Shown: positions 27,854 through 37,133, numbered from the stretch's first letter. The stretch is 64,000 nucleotides of DNA from Candidatus Nomurabacteria bacterium (GCA_023898585.1 CP060229.1:854587-918586); one strand, 5' to 3'. Translations and numbers: made by a program. The notes: a model not told the origin generated them from the letters alone.

Positions 27854-27967
27854 GACGTGGGAGGTTATGGAAACACGAATCGATCCCGAGGAGAGTCTGA
27901 GGAGTCGCTCCGCTGGGGAGACGGAGCCAGTTCGTGCCGGGTACTGCTGTGACCCACCTCCCACGTC
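27854..27967 (-). ncRNA. Unclassified GC-rich structured RNA candidate (114 nt) with its own intrinsic terminator
   Basis: Perfect 12-bp closing stem gacgtgggaggt/acctcccacgtc enclosing three internal hairpins (GGGU..ACCC; GCUCCG..CGGAGC; AAUCGAUUCG region). Local GC ~60% against a ~40% background, and the terminator follows immediately on the minus strand. No match to SRP, RNase P or tmRNA core motifs by eye. Confidence 0.3.
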
Positions 27968-28043
27968 AACTACACAATAGCATGATTATTTATTTTGTAA
28001 ATAGATTTATAGGTTCAGGACTTATGCTAGTTGTAAAGCACGA

Positions 28044-28883
28044 TCAAAACGGTAAGAAACCACGATCATACTCACAAAACGATATTTCAGAAGCGTCCAT
28101 TTCAAGGATACTAGCAAATATGTTTATTGCGTCTGATCTGTTTCCGAGTGAGTCAATAAGCCCGGCTTCAATAGCCTTCGCTCCCGGCATGGTTGATCCA
28201 TCTGCCAGAGCTTCGACTGCCGATACTTCCATGTCACGGTACTTGGCGACAATATTCACGAACTCTTTGTGTATTATGTCGAGATCAGCTTGTAATTTTT
28301 CTCTTTCTTCGTCCGTGATGGCGCGGTTTGGGCTGCCAATATCTTTGAATTTACCGGTTGTTAACTGTACGTACGTCAAACCTTCCTCTTCGTTTTTCAG
28401 TGACTCTTCTACGTACGACATATTGACTCCAATACTACCGACGTCTGACATCGGTGAAGCAATGAGAAAATCAGTCGAAGCCGCAACCATGTATCCGCCG
28501 GAAGCCGCGACATCGCCGACAAGACCGACAACCGGCAGACTGCTGTCTCTAAACCTCTCGGCGATACGCTCGGAAGCTACCGGAGTTCCTCCCGGAGAAT
28601 TTATTTCTAATAGCACTCCGTCAATGTCCTCGTCTTCCTCGGCGGTATCCATAAAAGTTTCGACCGCCTCCGGAGTAATAACCAAATCGAATTCAGTCAG
28701 GCCATGAAACGGTAAAATGGTGCCCTCAATTGGCAAAACGGCGATGTTGCAAGTGCCGTCACTGATTCCCGTTTCAACATCGTACAGGGCGGAGATTGAA
28801 ATCAGCACGGCGATAATGGTAAGAACTACAACCGTTGCTCGCATAACCGCTCCGGCCGTTTCTCTGAGGAATGATTTGTGCAT
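28044..28883 (-). CDS. sppA: Signal peptide peptidase SppA (S49 family), membrane-anchored
   Basis: S49 catalytic-Ser region GDVAASGGYMVAASTDFLIASPMSDVGSIGV and a Lys-containing region; N-terminal TM (VVVLTIIAVLISISAL). The probable start is the Met of MHKSFLRE (the ORF track extends to 28988). Confidence 0.75.
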   Translation of the reverse strand: MHKSFLRETAGAVMRATVVVLTIIAVLISISALYDVETGISDGTCNIAVLPIEGTILPFHGLTEFDLVITPEAVETFMDTAEEDEDIDGVLLEINSPGGTPVASERIAERFRDSSLPVVGLVGDVAASGGYMVAASTDFLIASPMSDVGSIGVNMSYVEESLKNEEEGLTYVQLTTGKFKDIGSPNRAITDEEREKLQADLDIIHKEFVNIVAKYRDMEVSAVEALADGSTMPGAKAIEAGLIDSLGNRSDAINIFASILEMDASEISFCEYDRGFLPF

Positions 28884-28961
28884 AAATTCACTACATAATA
28901 GCACGTCGTTATAGGTGGTTGGCCAAATTAGTGGTGAAAGTGAGGCGAACTCTGGTGTAGA

Positions 28962-28996
28962 TAAAAAAAAGCGCCTTGACCAAATCAATTTGGTCT
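28962..28996 (-). terminator. Rho-independent terminator downstream of the lipoprotein pair
   Basis: Stem gaccaaat/atttggtc followed on the minus strand by U8 (plus-strand A8 at 28963-28970). Confidence 0.45.
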
Positions 28997-29004
28997 CAGC
29001 GCCT

Positions 29005-29298
29005 CTAATTACATTCCATCTCCGCTTCCCTGCGGTGACGAGTGAATTTTAAGTCAGGGTTTTTTCGAGCAGACACTTTTGCTCGAACACTAGCACCACT
29101 CTGGCACTCAAAAGGCAATGATTGAGTCACACTCAACTGCACTTTAGTGCAGGCGTCGGCAATCACTGCCACGTCACTTTCGCAATGCCACGAGATACCA
29201 GCGCAACCCGTTATCATTAACAGTAAAGATGGCGCTAGTGTTTGAGCGATTTTATTCACCAGTCGATGAACAGTTGTGTGACTGTCCACTCTCTGCAT
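29005..29298 (-). CDS. Small lipoprotein (Cys-rich), in a GC-elevated segment
   Basis: 97 aa; signal peptide with lipobox LLLMITGC; six Cys in the mature part; local GC ~50-55%. Confidence 0.35.
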   Translation of the reverse strand: MQRVDSHTTVHRLVNKIAQTLAPSLLLMITGCAGISWHCESDVAVIADACTKVQLSVTQSLPFECQSGASVRAKVSARKNPDLKFTRHRREAEMECN

Positions 29299-29587
29299 TG
29301 TGCATGAACCATGTCCCAGCTCCGGTGGTACGAATCATGCTGTCCGCCGAACCGCCAGCTTGATGATTCACTCTCTTCATGCTTTTACGGGGGCATGAAT
29401 TGATGTCGTTCATTTCCGGAAGGACATCATTTGCTGCCCTTGCCACCGCCCTCCCCGATCTCTTATACTCTGAGATCTCAGAGGGCTCGTCCTCGCCCAT
29501 GTCAATTGTACGTACTGAGTAACCCCTGTACGGACAGCCTGTGAGAAGAGGAATTAACGCCATCACAACAATAAGTTTCATGTCCAT
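29252..29587 (-). CDS. Small lipoprotein, in a GC-elevated segment
   Basis: 111 aa; signal peptide MDMKLIVVMALIPLLTGC (lipobox LLTGC); overlaps the next lipoprotein ORF by 47 nt in another frame. Confidence 0.4.
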   Translation of the reverse strand: MDMKLIVVMALIPLLTGCPYRGYSVRTIDMGEDEPSEISEYKRSGRAVARAANDVLPEMNDINSCPRKSMKRVNHQAGGSADSMIRTTGAGTWFMHNAESGQSHNCSSTGE

Positions 29588-29665
29588 CTCGATCTCCTTC
29601 GAATCAAAAAAAATACCAAAAAGCTTACTTCACCAGCTCAAATTATACATAAAATCACTAAAAAG

Positions 29666-30247
29666 TCAAGCTCCCTTTGTTCCGAGATTACCCACTTCTT
29701 TCATCCAAGATTCTTTTTTAGCGTCATTAACCTTCTCACAGGGGCCGTAGATGGAAACTTGAGTTTTGATGCCGGCAAAATCAAGTATTCCGTACTGAAT
29801 TTCGTTAGTAAAATCGCCAAACTTCCACCAAGTCTTAAGTGGGCTGTGAGTGCCGGAAATAACAAAAACTCTGGCTGTTTTACCTTTCAAGTGCTGATCG
29901 ACTTTTTTAGTCTCTTTGTTGAAATTGAAAGCAAAGCCGGGAAGCCAAATGCGATCGAAAAGACCCTTTAATATGGCAGGCATCGTGCACCACCAATTGG
30001 GATAGCCTATTACTACGTGGTCACACTCTCGAATGGCATCTTGTATGTCGACCAAGTCAGGTTCAAGTTGTTGGATTTCCTTATAACCCTTGTGCAAAAT
30101 CGGGTCAAACTGCAACTCGCCAAGGTTAAAGCGTCGTACTTCATGTCCGGCCTTTTCAGCCGAAACTTGATATCGATCAAGCACAGCACCGGTAAAGGAA
30201 TCCGTGTCCGGATTACCACAAATAACAACAATCTTCTTAGTTTCCAT
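29666..30247 (-). CDS. Flavodoxin-like NAD(P)H:quinone oxidoreductase (Flavodoxin_2 / MdaB-KefF-like)
   Basis: 193 aa; KIVVICGNPDTDSFTGAV... and HVVIGYPNWWCTMPAILKGLFDRIW, typical of FMN-dependent NAD(P)H dehydrogenase (quinone) proteins. Confidence 0.6.
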   Translation of the reverse strand: METKKIVVICGNPDTDSFTGAVLDRYQVSAEKAGHEVRRFNLGELQFDPILHKGYKEIQQLEPDLVDIQDAIRECDHVVIGYPNWWCTMPAILKGLFDRIWLPGFAFNFNKETKKVDQHLKGKTARVFVISGTHSPLKTWWKFGDFTNEIQYGILDFAGIKTQVSIYGPCEKVNDAKKESWMKEVGNLGTKGA

Positions 30248-30327
30248 ATCAACATTCTACGCTATGAAGTAGCAATAAAAATGACGCACTGTTGATTATC
30301 GGCACAATTGATTGTGCAAGAAGTTAC

Positions 30328-30642
30328 CTACCTTCTGATACTGCCGTTCGGATTAAACTGCCCGGCTCCACCACCCTGCATTTTCATCAGCATCTCTTTC
30401 ATTTCCGGGCTCATGATAGCCATTATCTCCTTTTGGTATTTCGGCAAAACTTTGGTTGCTGCCGCCATTTGGTTGTTGCCATTTGCCTTCAACTCCGCCT
30501 GCATTTCCTTAGCGATTTTTTCGAACAAAGCCGGGTCTTTCTCTAATAATTCCAGAATCATTCGTTGCTGATCTTCAGGCACATTTTTCATCTGCGACTG
30601 AAGCACTTTCTTCATCGCGTATTGTTTTACTTTTCCAAACAT
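30328..30642 (-). CDS. Hypothetical Met/Lys-rich helical protein
   Basis: 104 aa; chosen over the overlapping plus-strand ORFs, whose Cys/His/Leu-rich translations look antisense. Confidence 0.35.
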   Translation of the reverse strand: MFGKVKQYAMKKVLQSQMKNVPEDQQRMILELLEKDPALFEKIAKEMQAELKANGNNQMAAATKVLPKYQKEIMAIMSPEMKEMLMKMQGGGAGQFNPNGSIRR

Positions 30643-30770
30643 ATGTCGAAGATTGTAACACAGCGATCATGATTGTAGAACTTTAATTACTAAGCTAAAA
30701 CGACCAAAAACCATAGACAAACATGTAAATCCATGGTACTGTCCACGATTATAATTTATTTTGAAATGAC

Positions 30771-32318
30771 ATGCAGTTTATAACCAATATCAGACAAAAA
30801 ATGATCGGTCGAAAATCAGCGACGTGGGTTGTGGCGTTTATTGTAATAGTTTTATTGATTGTCGTTATTGGAATAAAGCAAAACTCGGAAATTTCTGAGG
30901 AGGAGCTTGTTAAGAAACCACAAGTAACTGTGACTACTCCTTTTGAATTCTCAACTGAACAATCGGTCTCTTTACTCGGAAATGTTCGGGCTTTGAGCGA
31001 AGCTAGGATAACCTCTGAACGCTCCGGCCGTGTCGTTGCTGTTAATGTCAGATTGGGTCAAACAGTAACTCCTGGTCAAATTATCGCCACGCTGGAAAAT
31101 GCTTCCGAGCGAGCAAGTGTTCTACAGGCAGAGGGTGTTTATGATTCCGCACTGGCATTATCAGCCCAGAATGAAGTGGGAGTTACTCAAGCTGAAACAT
31201 CTCTTGTTAATGTGCAGAACGGCGCAGTTTCAACGCTTAAATCAACCTACAACATTGCCAACGGCATAGTTCTAAGTGACATTGACGCATTCTTCACAGA
31301 CCCTAATTCACGAGTACCTGGGCTACGAATAGACGGTCGTGGTTTTACCGAAGAGCTCAATTCCCGAAGAGTCTCGCTTCAGACATCCCTCCCTTCATGG
31401 CAGAATCGCGTCAACGAAGTTTCCCAAGATTCGAACTTGGAAGCGGAAATTCAGTACAGTAAGGAAAATGTACAAAAAATAATTGAAATAATCGACACCT
31501 TTTTGATTGTGTTTGATAAACAAGATAATAGCACTCGTTATACCGAAGCGGAGTTGATTTTGTTTCAAAGTAATTTTACGTCTTTACGCTCGACACTGAT
31601 CGGACTGCAGACGAACTTGGATGGTGCGCTGACGACCCTACAGTCTGCCGACGAATCACTTAAACGAGCGAAGCTGCAGGCCAGTGGAGGAGCTAATTCT
31701 GCTTCCGACGCGCAAGTCAAGCAAGCCCTAGGTTCACTTAGGTCAGCTGAGGCCAACCTTGCTAAAACAATTCTCCGCACTCCCGTCAGCGGAACTATCA
31801 ATTCGCTTTCAGTAAAGACCGGTGATTTCTTAAACTCCTTTAGCGAAGTAGCCATTGTCGCCAATAATTCTGCTTTAGAGATCGTGACTTATGTCGGCGA
31901 TAGTGAGCGCAACCTTATTGATATTGGTGATATTGTCATGATTGAGGGTGAGTTTGAAGGTCTGGTGACGGAAATCGCTCCAGCGGTAGACGTATCAACC
32001 GGAAAAACTGAAGTGAGAATAGCTACTGAAGGAACGGATATTAGAAACGGTGATACAGTGCGAATTACAAAAAAAGTTTCTGACAGCGATGCTTCCCTAG
32101 ATCAAATGGTAAGAATTCCCCTTACTGCCATCAAGTTTGAACGTGAGGATGGTTCGGTATTTCAAATAGTCGATGGAAAGTTGGAAAAACGTCCGGTTGA
32201 GCTTGGGGTTATTCTTGGTAACTCGGTTGAGGTGGTCTCGGGACTTAAAGCAACTGATGAGTTTGTGGTAGATGTTAGAGGTTTGGTAGCCGGCGAAAGC
32301 GTGGAAATAGCGAAATAA
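30771..32318 (+). CDS. Efflux RND transporter periplasmic adaptor subunit (HlyD/AcrA-like membrane fusion protein)
   Basis: 515 aa; N-terminal TM, biotinyl/lipoyl-like half-motifs (SLLGNVRALSEARITSERSGRVVAV ... ILRTPVSGTINSLSVKTGDFLN), a long coiled-coil hairpin and a C-terminal beta-barrel; directly precedes the RND pump. Confidence 0.7.
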   Translation: MQFITNIRQKMIGRKSATWVVAFIVIVLLIVVIGIKQNSEISEEELVKKPQVTVTTPFEFSTEQSVSLLGNVRALSEARITSERSGRVVAVNVRLGQTVTPGQIIATLENASERASVLQAEGVYDSALALSAQNEVGVTQAETSLVNVQNGAVSTLKSTYNIANGIVLSDIDAFFTDPNSRVPGLRIDGRGFTEELNSRRVSLQTSLPSWQNRVNEVSQDSNLEAEIQYSKENVQKIIEIIDTFLIVFDKQDNSTRYTEAELILFQSNFTSLRSTLIGLQTNLDGALTTLQSADESLKRAKLQASGGANSASDAQVKQALGSLRSAEANLAKTILRTPVSGTINSLSVKTGDFLNSFSEVAIVANNSALEIVTYVGDSERNLIDIGDIVMIEGEFEGLVTEIAPAVDVSTGKTEVRIATEGTDIRNGDTVRITKKVSDSDASLDQMVRIPLTAIKFEREDGSVFQIVDGKLEKRPVELGVILGNSVEVVSGLKATDEFVVDVRGLVAGESVEIAK

Positions 32319-32320
32319 TT

Positions 32321-35300
32321 ATGTGGGAATTTTTTATTAAAAACAACAAATTCGCGTATTTGTTTCTGATTGCTCTCATTGGGCTTGGTAGCTACAGTAT
32401 CGTTGCTATCCCCAAGGAATCTGCCCCAGAGGTTGTTATACCAGTTGGTGTTGTCACTACTGTCTTGCCGGGAGCGCCAGCAACCGACGTTGAGTCTTTG
32501 GTTACCAATGAAATAGAAAGCGGTTTATCTAGTTTGGAAAATGTCAAAAAAATTACCTCGACTTCACGCGAAGGTGTTTCCAGTGTGGTAGTCGAATTTG
32601 ACGCTTCGGCCGATATCGACACCTCAATTTCGGATCTTAAAGATGAAGTAGATACAATCAAACAAGATTTACCTCAAGACGCGGAAGACCCTTTCGTCTC
32701 GGAGGTAAATTTCGTTGACCAGCCAATTCTGACTATCGCTATTTCGGGAGAGCTGTCTGATTTTGCGTTGACCGAGCTTTCCAATGAACTCGAAAAAAGA
32801 ATCGAATCGGTCTCTGGTGTTTCTCGCGTCGAAGTAAGCGGTGTGCGCAATCGAGAAGTGACAGTTATTGTCAATCAAGAATCTTTGCTTCGATTCAACG
32901 TAAGTTTGTCCGAAGTATCGGGTGCGATTGGTAGAGCTAATTTGACCTTACCGGTTGGCCAAATCATTAACGACGGTGTTTCTTATAACGTCGCTTTTGA
33001 AGGTGATATTGCAGACAGTGAGCAAATTCAGCATATCGCCGTTGCCAGTCGTGGCGGTCAGCCAGTTTTTGTTAAAGACATAGCGGTGGTGGAAGATGGC
33101 CTGGCTCCAGCCAGTTCTTTGTCGAGACTGAGTGTTCAGGGAGAACCTTCTTTGAATTCGGCCACTTTCAATGTATATAAACAATCGGGTGGTGACATCA
33201 CTGTAATTACGGCGTCAGTCAATGACAAAATTGAGCAGTTGAAATCTTCCGGCGAGCTTCTTGATGGTGTAACAACAGCGGTGGTACTCGACGCCGGTCG
33301 CGATATTAAGAACGACCTGGTTCGACTTTCCACTTCTGGACTACAAACTGTTGCTTTGGTCGTCTTGTTGCTCGTGTTTGCTATCGGTTGGAGAGAAGGG
33401 CTTTTGGCTGGGCTCGCGATTCCCCTTTCGTTCTTGTTTGGTTTTATCGGACTTTATTTATCCGGCAACACCATCAACTTTCTCAGTCTTTTTTCACTTA
33501 TTCTCGGAATCGGTATTTTGGTTGATTCAGCTATTGTGATGGTGGAAGGGATAAATCGTCGCATGAAAGACAATCCGAACATCGACAAAAAAGAAGCGTC
33601 TTTAAAAGCTATAAAGGAATTTTCCGCACCTCTCATTTCAGGTACTTTAACAACGGTCGCAATGTTTGTCGGGTTATTTATTGTTTCCGGCGTTACCGGT
33701 CAGTTTATTGCCAGTATTCCTTTCACGCTTATTTTCTTACTCTTTGCTTCAATGTTCGTCTCTCTCGCCATTCTGCCTTTGATTGCATCGGTCTTTCTAC
33801 ACCGTAAAAGCACAACAGTATTTCAAAAGAAGCAGGTCGCGCAAGCTCATAGACTTGAGTTTTGGTACAGAAAGAAGCTCGAAGTGATACTGGATGATAA
33901 AGATAAGCAGAATAAGTTTTTGGCGGGTATATTCTCCACCCTGGTCTTTTCAGTTTTTCTACCAATAAACTTTTTTGCTGGAGCGCTGGCCGGACTGTTG
34001 GTTTACCTCGCCACCATGAAGTCCTATTCGATACAGAAAAAGAGACAATATAGTGAGTTCAAACGAAGATTGGTTTGGTTGCCTATGATGGCGGTTTCAA
34101 TCGTTGTTTCCGTGATGGTTGTTTCGGCAGTGTTGCCTTCAATCACTCTGGTCAAGGTTATTTTTTTCGACCAGAGTGATGTCGATTATGTAATCATCGA
34201 GGTCGAAAACCCAGAGGGAACAACTAAAGATGTGACCGACATAACCATACGTAGAGTTGAAGAGATTCTTTACGATGAGAATGAGATTGATTCATTTTCC
34301 ACCACAGTTGGAAGTGGAAACCAGTGGGGTGCGGGCGGAACCGGCGAAAAGTTCGCGAATATTTTTGTTAACTTAAAAAAAGACCGAGACCGCAGTAGTA
34401 CTGAAATTGTAGATGATTGGCGAAAACAAATGGCTGAACTGAAAGATATCAACGTAACTGTCAACCAGCCAAGCGACGGCCCTCCAACCGGCGCGGCTAT
34501 TATTGTAAAGTTTCTTGGTGATGACTTGATTGAAATTACAGACCTCGCAGATAAATCAGCTGAAGTATTTCGATCGACGCCGGATATAGTCAATGTCCAA
34601 ACCAGTACTAACAACAATAGTACTGAGTTTGTGTTGGAGCTTGATCGAGACAAAACAGCTTCACTTGGACTTAATCCTTTTCTGGTTTCAGAAGTGCTAA
34701 GAACCGCTGTCTACGGCACGAAAGCTACCTCTTTGACCACGCTCGAAGAAGATATAGATGTTATAGTTAAGCTTAATATAGAAAACGTCAATCAGCCGAC
34801 CAGTGGCGCGACAAATATTGCTACTATCAACGCGCTTAGCGAAATAGACATTCCTACCGCAACCGGCCCTGTGCCACTATCAAGCCTGGTCAGTATTACT
34901 CTCCGTGAATCTAGTTCGGTTATAAGTCACGAGAGTGGGAAAAGGGTGGTTTCTGTAACAGCTGATGTGGCGGGAGATGGAAATGCTCGTGAGTTACAAG
35001 CAAAAATAATTGAACAGATAGAAACCGAATTGGACATTCCGGCCGGTGTGACGATAAGTACGGGCGGTGGAGAGACAGATGAGTCAAACAAAGCGTTTAT
35101 GGAAATGTTTTTAGCCTTGATTGTCGGCGTTGGTCTGATGGTTGGAATTCTTACCCTGCAGTTCAATTCATACCTACACATGCGCTATGTTTTGTCTATT
35201 TTACCCTACTCAATAATCGGTATTATGTTTGGGCTCGCTATTACACAAAATACCCTGTCCTTCCCTTCCATGATGGGTTTTATTGCTCTCTCGGGTATTG

Positions 35301-35584
35301 TGGTCAACAATTCAATATTGTTAATTGACATGATGAATCACTTACGACGAATAAGGCCAGATGATGATATTAAAACAATCGTGTTGGATGCATCCGGTAA
35401 CCGACTGCGACCAATTCTACTAACCATGCTCACGACGGTAATCGGTATGATACCTCTCACTTACGCGGGTGATTTGTGGTCACCACTGGCTTACGCGGTA
35501 ATGTTTGGTCTTGTTTTTTCCGTCGTTATTACACTGATTCTTATTCCGATTATTTACACCAGAAAACCTGGTGATTTAGAGTGA
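32321..35584 (+). CDS. Efflux RND transporter permease (AcrB/AcrD/AcrF family)
   Basis: 1087 aa; 12-TM two-fold repeated architecture with AcrB-like N-terminus (FFIKNNKFAYLFLIALIGLGSYSIVAIPKESAPEV) and large periplasmic loops. Confidence 0.85.
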   Translation: MWEFFIKNNKFAYLFLIALIGLGSYSIVAIPKESAPEVVIPVGVVTTVLPGAPATDVESLVTNEIESGLSSLENVKKITSTSREGVSSVVVEFDASADIDTSISDLKDEVDTIKQDLPQDAEDPFVSEVNFVDQPILTIAISGELSDFALTELSNELEKRIESVSGVSRVEVSGVRNREVTVIVNQESLLRFNVSLSEVSGAIGRANLTLPVGQIINDGVSYNVAFEGDIADSEQIQHIAVASRGGQPVFVKDIAVVEDGLAPASSLSRLSVQGEPSLNSATFNVYKQSGGDITVITASVNDKIEQLKSSGELLDGVTTAVVLDAGRDIKNDLVRLSTSGLQTVALVVLLLVFAIGWREGLLAGLAIPLSFLFGFIGLYLSGNTINFLSLFSLILGIGILVDSAIVMVEGINRRMKDNPNIDKKEASLKAIKEFSAPLISGTLTTVAMFVGLFIVSGVTGQFIASIPFTLIFLLFASMFVSLAILPLIASVFLHRKSTTVFQKKQVAQAHRLEFWYRKKLEVILDDKDKQNKFLAGIFSTLVFSVFLPINFFAGALAGLLVYLATMKSYSIQKKRQYSEFKRRLVWLPMMAVSIVVSVMVVSAVLPSITLVKVIFFDQSDVDYVIIEVENPEGTTKDVTDITIRRVEEILYDENEIDSFSTTVGSGNQWGAGGTGEKFANIFVNLKKDRDRSSTEIVDDWRKQMAELKDINVTVNQPSDGPPTGAAIIVKFLGDDLIEITDLADKSAEVFRSTPDIVNVQTSTNNNSTEFVLELDRDKTASLGLNPFLVSEVLRTAVYGTKATSLTTLEEDIDVIVKLNIENVNQPTSGATNIATINALSEIDIPTATGPVPLSSLVSITLRESSSVISHESGKRVVSVTADVAGDGNARELQAKIIEQIETELDIPAGVTISTGGGETDESNKAFMEMFLALIVGVGLMVGILTLQFNSYLHMRYVLSILPYSIIGIMFGLAITQNTLSFPSMMGFIALSGIVVNNSILLIDMMNHLRRIRPDDDIKTIVLDASGNRLRPILLTMLTTVIGMIPLTYAGDLWSPLAYAVMFGLVFSVVITLILIPIIYTRKPGDLE

Positions 35585-35626
35585 CAAGGAGATGTCCTGT
35601 CGAACGATAGTAAGTAATTATTAAGC

Positions 35627-36160
35627 TTAAGAATCTGTCTCTTCTTCCCTTCTCTTGGCCTTTTCTTTCGCACTGAACATCAGCAAATTTATGACACCGA
35701 TAGCCAGAACTAGCCAAGTCATGTAGCTTAAAATAAATGTAGTGAATGAAAAATTAGTCCAACCGATGGTGTTTAGAGCCAACAGTATGCCTAGTGTGTA
35801 CCAACTACCGGCTTGCAACCCGGGCCCGAAAGTGGTCGACATAAGATGAGCCGTCATCAGCATGGCGTTAGTAAATAAAACAAAGAGTGTCAGCAGTTGC
35901 CCCAGACTGAAAGCGGATAATCCTGCGAGTCCAGCAGAACTATATTCGGCGGATATCAATAAAATTGTAGTGATTAAAATAATCACCATTGCGACACGTA
36001 ACACTACGTAAACAACTCCCATCATGCGACGTTCTGCATCGTCTATTTTGCCGTCTTTAATTGCCACCAAAAAATTGATAACGGCGAGAGTCGAGGAACC
36101 TACTCCGAGGGCAATCGAAAGAGTTTGGACGATAGAGACTAGTCCAAGAAATGTAATCAT
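35627..36160 (-). CDS. Hypothetical polytopic membrane protein
   Basis: 177 aa with ~5 hydrophobic helices. Confidence 0.4.
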   Translation of the reverse strand: MITFLGLVSIVQTLSIALGVGSSTLAVINFLVAIKDGKIDDAERRMMGVVYVVLRVAMVIILITTILLISAEYSSAGLAGLSAFSLGQLLTLFVLFTNAMLMTAHLMSTTFGPGLQAGSWYTLGILLALNTIGWTNFSFTTFILSYMTWLVLAIGVINLLMFSAKEKAKRREEETDS

Positions 36161-36232
36161 ATTTAAATGATAGCAGAGTAATCAGACATATTTACACCAG
36201 ACTGTGAATTTACAGACTACTCACTTCGGTTT

Positions 36233-36943
36233 ATGCTTAATGTTATGAACAAATATAAACACTTGTTTTTTGATATGGATCAAACTGTTGCTCCGTCGAG
36301 ACAACCAATTCTGCCTCATATGTATAAGCTCTTAAATGAATTACCTCACGATATTGTGATTGTCTCCGGTCAGGAAGTACCTAAAATCATGTGGCAAAGC
36401 AACAACCTGCCCGCTTACACCCTAGGGCAAAACGGCAATCACGCCACCAATATTGATAACGTCGAATTATGGAATGTCCCTCTAGATTATGAGCACCAAG
36501 AAGAAATAATGAGGCATATCGACTCAATAGTAGCTATCCTTGATCATGACCTAAATCATGAATGGAGCCCGGTTGAGAACCGTGGATCACAGATAACCTT
36601 TAGTCCGATTGGCAACACTGCTCCAGTCGAATATAAGAAAAACTACGACCCTGACCGGAAAAAGCGAGAATTATTGCTCGAGAAAATCCCGTTTCTCTCT
36701 GATGAGCTGGTGGTTAAAATTGGAGGCTCTACCAGCTTTGATTACATCCACAAAGACAGACACAAAGGTACAAACGTACAGAAACTGATTGATTACATGA
36801 ACTGGAACAAAGAGCAGTGTATTTACTTTGGCGATGGGCTATATCCTGGTGGCAACGACGAAGCCGTCATTGGTGTGATTGAAACAGTGGCGGTTTCTGA
36901 CCATGAGGATACGTATAGCAAATTAAGGGAAATGTTTGGGTGA
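36233..36943 (+). CDS. HAD-IIB hydrolase, eukaryotic-type phosphomannomutase (PMM)-like
   Basis: 236 aa; motif I LFFDMDQTVAPSRQPI (cf. PMM FDVDGTLT..RQ.I), IGGSTSFDYIHKDRHKGT and FGDGLYPGGNDEAV (cf. PMM FGDKT.PGGNDHEIF). Confidence 0.55.
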   Translation: MLNVMNKYKHLFFDMDQTVAPSRQPILPHMYKLLNELPHDIVIVSGQEVPKIMWQSNNLPAYTLGQNGNHATNIDNVELWNVPLDYEHQEEIMRHIDSIVAILDHDLNHEWSPVENRGSQITFSPIGNTAPVEYKKNYDPDRKKRELLLEKIPFLSDELVVKIGGSTSFDYIHKDRHKGTNVQKLIDYMNWNKEQCIYFGDGLYPGGNDEAVIGVIETVAVSDHEDTYSKLREMFG

Positions 36944-37082
36944 TTTTTGATGAGCTGACAAGTTCGTCAAGCATTTTACAATATCCACTTGTTTTGCCGT
37001 GCTCGTGTAGGTTACTTGATGCGTGTAGATATTCGCGAGTTTTTTCAGTCTCTAATCTTGTGCTCAAACTGTGATTATGACC

Positions 37083-37117
37083 AAAAAAACCGCTCCCGAC
37101 AAAAACTTTCGGGAGCG
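37083..37117 (-). terminator. Rho-independent terminator after the GC-rich secreted-protein gene
   Basis: Stem cgctcccg/cgggagcg followed on the minus strand by U7 (plus-strand A7 at 37083-37089). Confidence 0.55.
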
Positions 37118-37133
37118 AACTTCACTGAGGGCG

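Noticed and set aside
27854-27967. Considered calling the GC-rich structured element an SRP (4.5S) RNA.
   Set aside because: Neither strand shows the helix-8 GNRA tetraloop followed by GGAAGCAG or the symmetric-loop consensus; only a short GUGCCGGG coincidence. It is left as an unclassified structured RNA candidate.
27934-28707. 257-aa plus-strand ORF, and similar long ORFs at 13014-13655, 15124-15606, 24290-24742, 36989-37450, 5507-5824 and 53904-54206.
   Set aside because: All lie antisense to well-supported minus-strand genes (sppA, the acidic membrane protein, mnmA, leuS, the GC-rich secreted protein and others). Their translations are Ser/Cys/Leu-rich low-complexity sequence typical of antisense frames.
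29005-29587. Possibility that the two small lipoprotein ORFs are one frameshifted gene.
   Set aside because: Each ORF has its own complete signal peptide and lipobox, so they are kept as two genes. A frameshift cannot be excluded without read data (noted as a finding).
30292-30571. Two plus-strand ORFs (84 and 87 aa) opposite the 104-aa minus-strand ORF.
   Set aside because: Their Cys/His/Leu/Phe-rich translations look antisense. The minus-strand ORF has protein-like Lys/Glu/Met composition and matches the local gene orientation.
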